A stretch of 64,000 nucleotides of DNA from the human T2T-CHM13v2.0 reference genome, Homo sapiens. The translations under genes and the position numbers were made by a program. Below are positions 54,600 to 64,000 of this stretch, piece after piece; the first letter of the stretch is position 1, and each line of letters starts with the position of its first letter. The notes under the pieces are model-generated. The model did no database searches, was not told the DNA's origin, and was given only the letters and a program-made list of their open reading frames with translations. The stretch lies in assembly GCF_009914755.1 (NCBI RefSeq), contig NC_060936.1; one strand, written 5' to 3'.

Positions 54600-55898
54600 A
54601 AAGCTTTTATTTTCTTTCTATGCCTTGTTGAAGTGATTAGGCCTTCCAGTAAAATGAAGACAAGAAATGGTTCTCACAGAAATCTTTATCTCATACTCAA
54701 TCTCAGGGCGATGGCTCTGAAAGTTAATCATTAGTTGTGATATTTTCTATAAATTTTTGTGGATACTATTATCAAATAAAAAAATTCCCGTTTATTATTT
54801 ATTTGCTTAGAGTTTTTATCTTTTATTGATGTTGAATTATGTCAAGTGCTCCTCTGTATATCTGAAATAAACATACAATTGCTGCCATTTATTACTTTAA
54901 TGTGGCAAAGAACATGACAATTGTTCCAATATTGAATGTATCTTTATATTTTTGGAACTAAGCAAAATTCAGCATAATATGCTGCCCATTGTTTATATTG
55001 GTGGTTTTGATTTTCTAGTATTACGTTTAGCATTTAGTACCTGTGCTCGTAAATGAGATTAAACTGCAATTTTTTAAAGGTAATGTTATTAATTGATTTT
55101 GATATACTGGTCTCATAGGTAAGTTGAATGCTTCAATGACCATTCTTTGAAAGAATTTGTTTGTGTTTAGTATTATTTCCTGTTTATAAGTTTGGCAAAA
55201 TTGTCTTGTGAAGCCATCTGGGCTTGTAGATTTTTAATTATCAGTTTAATTATTTTAGTGGTTATAGGATTATTTAGAATTTATCTTTGATTTTAGATCA
55301 CTTTGGGTAGGTGGTATTTTCCTGGGAATTTGTCTGTTTTATCTTAATAGCAAAAACTTATATACATTTTATAATATTCTCATATCTGTGTAATATTCCC
55401 AGGATCTATAGTAATACTCTATTTTTATTTGTGACATGGGTTGCTAAAAAACTATTTTACTTTTAAAATGAATAAACATTATTCTGTATCTTCTTATTTT
55501 TTATCTTGATCAGTATTAGCAAGTGTTTATTCTTAATTTTTTTCAAAGAACAAAATGTTAACTTTATTTACCTTTTCTATTTTATATTAGTTTTCTGTTC
55601 ACTTATACTTATTCTTGCACATGTTATTTTATCTCTCTAATTTCTTTGGGATTATTTTGGGTTTTTAAAAAATGTATTGAGATTACTACTTAGCTTATTA
55701 TTATTTCTTCTAATATGTAAATATAAGCAAACACATTTCTCCTTAAGCTTGCTTTAGTTTCCTGCATTTCCACACTTCGATATACCAATATTATTTTATT
55801 ACAGTTCAAAATTATTTTATTTTCCATTTTGAAATATTCTATGACTCATAAATTTGGAATATGTTTTTAATTTCCCAGTATGTTGAATGCTTAAATTA

Positions 55899-56547
55899 TA
55901 GTTGATTCTCACTATTCAGGGATTCCATATTTTCACATTCACCTATTCACTACAGTTTATTTGTAACCCCCAAAGCAACACTTGGGGTGCTTTTGCTGTC
56001 ATTTGTGAACGCATAGAGAAAGGAAAAACATTTGAATGATACCTATTCTCAACTGAGGTTAAACAAGGGGACATCCGCCTTCTTGTTTTGGCTCTCACAC
56101 TATAAACAAGTGTCCCATTGCAACTTTTTTTAGCGAAATTCTTTGTACATTATTGTTGGTTTTGCTGGTCATTTCACTATTTAAGATGTACACCAAGCAT
56201 AATGCTGACATATTGTCTAGTATTTCTAAGTACAAGAAGACATCATGGGTCTTACTGAGAAGATACGCTTGTTACATAAGCTTCATTCAGGCATAAATTA
56301 TAGTACTTTTGGCCATGAGTTCAATGTTAATGAATCAACAATATATACTTAATAAAGTATCTTTAAACAGAAATGCACATAAAATAAGGTTATGTATTTA
56401 TTGATTAATAAAATGTTATAAGCAGAGGCTTACGGGAAGCTAACCTTGTATAATATTTTCCCTAGGAGCAATGGTTCAGTATTCACTAATTAAGTGTTCA
56501 CTGAAACTTTACAGAACATAACTACCATGCATAACAAGAATTGACTG
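55899..56547. mobile_element. MER82 (TcMar-Tigger non-autonomous DNA transposon)
   Basis: ~650 bp; degenerate TIRs tagttgattctcactattc / gcataacaagaattgactg; TA on the left; interior ctgaggttaaacaagg...ccttcttgttt. Confidence 0.85.
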
Positions 56548-57949
56548 CGTGCTTTTGTTATTGATTTCTACCTTTATTGTGTATGTTCAGAGAATGCATT
56601 CTGATATTAATCTTCTTAAGTAAGTTGAAATCTGCTTTATGCTTCAGTATATGATCAGACTGTAAATTGTTTTTGTGTCCTGAAAATGTCCAAGTGGGCC
56701 CTAGATTCTCACTTTGATCTCAGAAATGCTACTCTTCTGTCAGCTGCAAAACCTGCAATGAGCAGATATGTACAGACAGCATGTGTCTCCAAAGAACAGG
56801 CTCAGCTCTCTGGATTCTGTTTCTTATGGATTGGGGCTTGGTCATTTCTCCCTATTTTGCTGGTTCTCTGATGCATTAAAGCAGATTTTTATATTAGGTG
56901 CAGCTTTTTCAGTTGTTCTAGGTATACTTATATAACTTATTTGATTAACATGGACTATCAGTAATAGAAGTAAATATTGATTATTAACTTTTAAATTAGG
57001 GAAGATTTAAAAGTTCATAAAGGGCTTTTAAGATAAATAAACACACAAAATGAATATTTTGATACCATAATAAGTAACTCATATATTTTATATGTAAATA
57101 ACCTATTTAATGAATATTTCCCCATCAGAAAAATTATTAGATTTTAATTTAAAATATGTAATTATGTAATTAATTTTATACGTGATTTTAAAACACAATC
57201 TTACTAAATTAATAATACTTAAACATTTAATTCAATTATATATTGACTATATTAATAAATTTAATTGATTTTTCCAAGTTATGATATTAAGGCATTCAAT
57301 TCTTTTTTGGTAGAATATAAAAGTATGGCAAAAAGGCAAATTTTAAAATTTGTTCGGTATTAAACTTTTGGATAATGTAATTAATCTTTAGAAGCTACAT
57401 TAGAAGTCACTATTAGATTTTTCTATGTTTATAAACAAAATTTTTAAAGCTGTTAAGTATAACTTGAAAGATAAACCAGAATCATTTTGCTTTTATAAAT
57501 ATAACAAATTGTATATTTACCTTTAAAACCAAAGTAACTACAGAATTTATTATTTTTTTCATTTACAAAAGCACCTTCATGGACATCTCACTTCAGCTTT
57601 CTTAATTATCAATGCAGAATAGTCCAGGATAAACTTAACAATAATGATTGGTACTGACATTTAAGATATTCAAAATGAAAGACTCCATACATTAACAAAC
57701 ATTCAAATTTTTAACATAGTTCTTGGCATCCAATTAGTTGTTAATTATAATCATTTTGTTGAAGTGTCTACTTAGAGTCTATAATTATAAATGCTGTTTA
57801 TTTTCTAAACCAAAGAAGTTATTTAATATCCTATTATTTTAGTAAAATGTAAAGTATCTGAGAACAAGTTTTTCTATTTCGTTCATGGGTGGATGTCTAC
57901 TATCAGGAATGAAAAACAAAAATAAAAATCGGAATGAAGATGTAGTCAA

Positions 57950-58400
57950 TTTTTTTTTGTTTGTTTATTTGGTTTCTGTGTATAATAAAGAAGAAATTGA
58001 ATTCAATCTATGTGTATGTTGATGGGAAGGATCCAACAGAGGGAAAAACAAAATGAATGGTATATGAGAAGAAGCAGATAATTGTTGGAACAAAATTCTA
58101 CAGTAAACAAGATGAATAGCATCTAGTGTATGCATAGGGTGCCTGCATTTACTGGAGAAGAAATGACAGTTAATGAACTGTATGTAGCAAGAGCAAAGGA
58201 AGACCGTATCATTATTTTAAACAGGTTTTGCTGATTGCTTTTTTGGAAGACGTTTTTTTCTCACGTAATAGTTTTAATATTCTCACTGAGTAAGAAGTAA
58301 CTTTATTAGGTCAGCATGTTTTGGAAAGGATTAAAAAAATGGTTTTGAAAGTGTGAGAAACAAAGCAAATGTACAAAACATTGAAGGAAGGAAAGTGATA
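57950..58400 (-). mobile_element. L2 internal fragment
   Basis: tgtatgttgatgggaaggatccaacagaggg...ataattgttggaacaa. Confidence 0.5.
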
Positions 58401-59383
58401 TTTGTCCTCCTGAATTTATTGTTACCAGGAGATACTGAGGACTGAATTATTGGTAACCCAGAATGTTGAAGGAAGTGCGTGGATTACTTTAGCTTCCCTT
58501 CATTTTGTAAAACAGAATAGAGTTCAAAACTTTATCGAATCAAGTGGATTTTGATAAAGCAATCAACCATGCTCCTCATCATTATTAATCTTATTAAACT
58601 TTCTAACTGAAAATGTTTAAACATGACATTTAAAAATTTAGGTGACATTTTTAAAAAAATTGTATTGATCTATAATAATCCTACATACTTATGGGGGTAC
58701 AAATGATATTTTGTTACATGTATAGAATGTGTAATGATCAAGTCAAGGTATTTAGGGTATATATCACCTTGAGTATTTATCATATTTATGTGTTGGGAAC
58801 ATTTCAATCCTTTCTTCTAGCTATTATGAAATATACAATATTCAAGTTTTATTAACAACAATCATCCTAGTCTTCTATTTAATATTGGAATGTACTTTTT
58901 TCTATTTAACTCTATGTCTGTATCAATTAGCCAACCTCTCTTCATCACTCCTTCTTGCCTCCCCCACACACAATCTTCCTATCCTCAGGTAACTATCACT
59001 CCACCCTACCTCCATGAGATCATTTTTTTTTAGCTCCTACATATGAATGAGAAGACCCAATATTTTTCTTTCTGTGTTTGGCTTAACATAATGGCCTCCA
59101 ATTCTATCCATGCTGCTGCAAATGACAGGTTTTTATTCTTTTTAGGACCTAGTAGCATTCCGTTGTGCATATATACCACATTTTCTTTATCCATTCATCT
59201 GTCGATGGACACTTAGATTGATTCCTTATCTTTGCCATTGTCAATAATGCTTCATAAACACGGGGGTGCCGATATGCCTTTGATACACTGATGTATTTTC
59301 CTTTGGATAGATACCCAGTAGAGGCACTGCTGGATTGTATGGTAGTTCTATTTTTAGTTTTTTCAGAAATCTCCCTACCCCAT

Positions 59384-59761
59384 TGTATTAGTCCATTCGC
59401 ACACTACTAATAAAGACATACCTGAGACTGGGTAATTTATAAAGCAAAGAGGTTTAATTGACTCACAGTTCAGCATGGCTGAAGAGGTCTCAGGGAACTT
59501 ACAATCATAGTAGAAGGGGAACTTAACACGTCTTTCTTCATATGGCAACAGCGAGGAGAAGTGCCGAGCAAAAGGGGGAAAAGCCCCTTATAAAACCATC
59601 AGATCTCGTGAGAATTCACTCACTATCAGGAGAAGAGCAGCATGGTGGTAACAGCCCTCATGATTCAATTACCTCCCACCTCGTCCTCCCATAACACGTG
59701 GGGATTATGGGAACTGCAATTCAAGATGAGATTCCAGTAAGGACACAGCCGAACCATATCC
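59384..59761 (-). mobile_element. Solo THE1C/D LTR
   Basis: tgtattagtccatt...gagaagtgccgagcaaaagggggaaaagcccc...acacagccgaaccatatc. Confidence 0.93.
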
Positions 59762-60505
59762 CACAGCAACTGTGTATAAGAGTTCCCTTTTCTTCACATC
59801 ATTCCCAGCATCTATTTTCTTTTGCCTTTTTAATAATGGCTATTCTAACTATGATAAGATAGTATCTCATGGTGGTCTTGATTTGTGTTTCTCTGATGAT
59901 CTGTGATATTGAGCATTTTTTCCATATACTTGTTGGTTATTTGTATGTCTTCTTTTGGAAAATGTCTATAGATATTTTTTGCCCATTTTTAAATTGGATT
60001 ATAGTTTTATTGCTGTTGAGTTGTTTAAGTTCCTCTTATATTCTGAATATTATTCATTTGTCAGATGAATAGTTTGCAAGTATTTTCCCATTCAATAAGT
60101 TGTCTCTTCATTCTTTTGATTGTTTATTTTACTCTGCAGAGCCTCACAGTTTAATATAGTCCTATGTATTCAGTTTTGTTTCTGTTGTCTGTCCTTTTGG
60201 GGTCTTAGCCATAAAATCTTTGCCTAGGCCAATATCTTATAGTGTTTCTTCTGTTTTATTCCATTAGTTTTATAGTTTTGGGTCTTATGTTTAGGCCTTT
60301 AATCTATTTTGAGTTTATTTTTGTGTATAGTGAGAGATACGGGTCTAGTTTCATTTTTCTGCATATGGATATCCAGTTTTCTTGGTACCATTTATTGAAG
60401 AGGGTGTCCATTTCTAAATATATATTTTTGGAACTTCGTTGAAAATCAATTGGTGGTAAATTCGTGAATTCATTTTCGGATTCTCTAGTCTGATTCATTA
60501 GTTTA

Positions 60506-60652
60506 TGTATTAGTCAGTGTTCTCCAGAAGGACAGAACCAATTGGAGATACATATCTGTCTATCTATCTATCTAATCTATCTATCTATATAAGTTTATTA
60601 GGGAGAATTGGCTCACATAATGACAAGGTGAATTCCCACGATAGACAGTCTA
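60506..60652 (-). mobile_element. Truncated MLT2-type (ERVL) LTR with internal (TCTA)n
   Basis: tgtattagtcagtgttctccagaaggacagaacc...gagaattggctcaca..tgacaaggtgaattcccacgatag. Confidence 0.85.
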
Positions 60653-62138
60653 CCTTTTTCAACCCTTTTACTTTGAGTTGATATGTGTCTTTACAGGTGA
60701 AGTGAGTTTCTTGTAGGCAGCATATAATTGGGTCATTTTAATAATCCATTCAGGTAGTCTACATTTTGTCAGTGGAAAATTTAATCAATTTACATTCAAG
60801 GTTATTATTGATATGTGAGGACTTACTCTTGTAATTTGTTGATTGTTTTCTGGCTATAATGGGGGATCCATTATATGTGACTAGATATTATTCTCTTGTT
60901 TTTATTAGAATTCTATCTTTGTCTTTGACTTTTGATAGTTTTACTGTAATGTGTCATGGAGAAAAACTTACTAGGTTGCATTTGTTTGGATTTCTCTAAA
61001 CTTCCTATATCTGGATGTCTAAATCTCTTGCTAAATTTTGGAACTTTCCAGCTATTATTTATTTAGGCTTATAAACCTATTATGCTTAGGTTTATAAAAC
61101 TATTGTGTTAAATAGGTTTTCTATGATTTGGTCTCATCTTCCTGTTTTCAACACTCAATATTTGTATATTTGGTCACTTTATCATATCCCACATGTCAAG
61201 TAAGGTTTTTTTTATTGTTTTATTTATTTATTATTTTTGGTCTGACGGTTTTTATTTTGGGGCTATTTTTAAAGATCAGTCTTCAAGTTTTGGGACACTT
61301 TTTTTTTCTCTAGTTTATCACTGAAGCTCTCAAATAAAGTTTTTATTTTATTCATTGAATTATTTGGTTCTAAGATTTGTGTCTTTTTAAAATATCTATT
61401 TTTGTGGTGAACTTCTCACTCACATCTTGAATTGTTTTTCTGATTATTTAGTATTGTTTATCTGAGTTCTCCTGCATCTCACTGAGATTCTTTAATTGCT
61501 GAATTTTAATACCATTTTTTGAATTTTTTCAGCCTTTTATAAGCTTTTTTAAATTGACATCTGTTACTGGGGAATAATTATGTTTCTTTGGACGTATCAT
61601 ATAGTATTTTTTCAGGTTTCTTGTGCTCTCTTATTAATATCCGTGCACTGGTTTAATAGTCACTTCCAATTTATTGGACTGGCTTATATAGGGAAAGACA
61701 TCTTCCTGAAGATATATCTATTGTGTTGGTTAACAAGGAAGAACATACCAGCTTTAATTCTGGGTTCATGCAGTAGCATAGTCTCCATATGAGTTCTTTA
61801 GCTGTAAAAAATATCAGCTTTGTCTGTGATTCCCTTAGTGACATAGGCTGTGGTTGTTAATGGAGGCTGTGGTGAGGCTTTGCCACAGACAAGGATACCA
61901 GTCCCTAGACCCCAGTGGTAGCAGTACTGGGCTGAATGTGTCTGTCCTTGGACTTCCTGGTGGTGTATGCAGACATGACTGTTAGTGGGTTCAAACGGGC
62001 CAATTATTGGGCCTCCAGGCAGATTACTTAGTTGTTAGTAGTAACAGTGATGGGCTAGGTAAGTGGGCAGGTCCTCAGTCCACTGGGTAGTATGCATGGA
62101 ATGGACAATGACAGTAGCAGTGAAGAGTCAACCATTAG

Positions 62139-62533
<395 letters not shown>

Positions 62534-62682
62534 AGAGGGAGATATATTTGTATTTATAGACTGTCTACAAAGAATGAATTCTGAAACTGACTATGCTTGT
62601 AGTTAAATGTTCAAGTTCAAATTATTGAGACTATGCTTCAAATGAACTATACTTCAATTAAAACTAGATGTATGGGATATTT

Positions 62683-62766
62683 CTAATATCTAGTATTCTA
62701 GATATTAATATCTAATACTAATATCTAGTATTCTAGATATTAATATCTAATACTAATCTCTAGTAT
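62683..62766. repeat. 35-bp AT-rich minisatellite (~2.4 copies)
   Basis: unit ctaatatctagtattctagatattaatatctaata at 62683 and 62718, partial at 62753. Confidence 0.92.
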
Positions 62767-64000
62767 CACAAATGTAGATACAATAAAATGTAAACAATGT
62801 AGCTATTAAATATGATTACAGAAAATGTTCTATTTATTTTTGTTTATAATTTTTCTCCATTTTTCAGATGTATTGGTAGATTTTAGATGTTATAAAATGT
62901 GTTAAATGAGGCTCCTAATAATTAATTTAGTAATATTTGACTGATAATTTCTGATATTAGCATTACTAAGAAAATTCTAATTTGACCACAATGCACAATA
63001 AATTTTATTTAATAGAGTCAGAATAATTTAATTTTCAAATGATAAAGCTTGGGTAGGTTTTATCAAATTTTTAATTACTACAGTGAGTGGTGTAAAACAA
63101 TTGATTAACATTTGTAATAAATACACATATGTTTATGATGTTTTAAAATGAATCAGAAATGAATTCTCACATGAATTTCAGAAATTGGCAATATTCATTA
63201 AATACTGCCATCTATGTTAACACAGAAAAGTGTTTCAAGCAATTTATTTACAAACGTATGAATAAAATTTACTTCATAATTCAACAGGTCTATTCTTTGT
63301 ATAGCATCTATAGGCACAAAAAAGGGTCAAAGGATTATGGTTATTTCCTTATTTAATTATCAGAAAATTACATTAATACAGTAAATGTAGTCTCTGAGAA
63401 ACAATCCCTGAAACTTGGACCTCAGTCATGCCTCATTTCTACTACCTCTTTTTGAGTGTCTCTCTCCTCCACTGCCCTCATGGCTGGGAATAGCCACCTT
63501 GCCCCACTTCCCATTTCTCACCTTTTGTAAGGGAAATCCCATGGAAAGACAGGTTCTGGAACCTAGCAAGGTGCAGTGCAAGGCAGAGTAACTATTTTCT
63601 CCTCCTCCACATTAATACTAATAGAATAAGAAGTAATTGTTTGTCACTTTATACTGCCATCACAAGAAATGCATGTAAAATGTTTATTCCTCATCAGCTT
63701 ACACAGGGCAGGTTCCTTAAGCCAACTCTCAACTCTTTTATGGGAGTAACTTTTTCCCCTGAACTTTTTGAAAGACAAAAAAAAAAAAAAGATTGAGCAA
63801 GTAAACTGATTTCTAGCCAAAATAATAAAGTTACAAATGGGTAGTAAAGGCAAGTATGAATAAAATTCAGAGGAAGGGACACCAACTTGGCTGAAGTGAT
63901 CAGGAATAGCATAGGATAGTGATAATGAGCATAGCCTTTATCTTTTTGGAAGTTTGAAAGATATGCATCTTAGTAGAGGTTGAAAAGGGGTATTTTATTT

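Larger units (their letters stand above)
52800..56690 (-). mobile_element. Old L1M/L1ME, fragmented, interrupted by an Alu monomer and MER82
   Basis: antisense L1 3'UTR (gtaaccactattctgatattt) then degenerate ORF2 (gtgaagccatctgggcttg; ttttttcaaagaacaa). Confidence 0.65.

Overview
AT-rich, gene-poor primate genomic DNA, most likely human or another ape (AluY, L1PA2/3 and LTR12 copies are present). It reads as intergenic sequence or part of a very large intron. I found no supportable protein-coding gene, RNA gene or CRISPR array; the longer ORFs on the track come from Alu, L1, MaLR/ERV or microsatellite sequence. Much of the window is interspersed repeat: about ten Alu copies or monomers, many L1 pieces of different ages, solo LTRs (LTR12, MER52, LTR22, LTR15-like, MLT1, THE1, MLT2), a THE1B internal region with only its 3' LTR, two DNA transposons (MER30, MER82), MIR/L2 relics and several STRs. 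The best-supported structural observations are a twin-priming 5'-inverted L1PA nested in an older L1 and carrying its own Alu, a 23-bp Alu head-plus-tail remnant, two deletion scars (~38.5 kb and ~60.65 kb) and several local tandem duplications. More speculative leads are a co-oriented LTR cluster with a perfect splice donor, and candidate splice signals in unique sequence. Repeat subfamily names come from recalled consensus features, not from a search. I cannot support a claim of a new biological system here.
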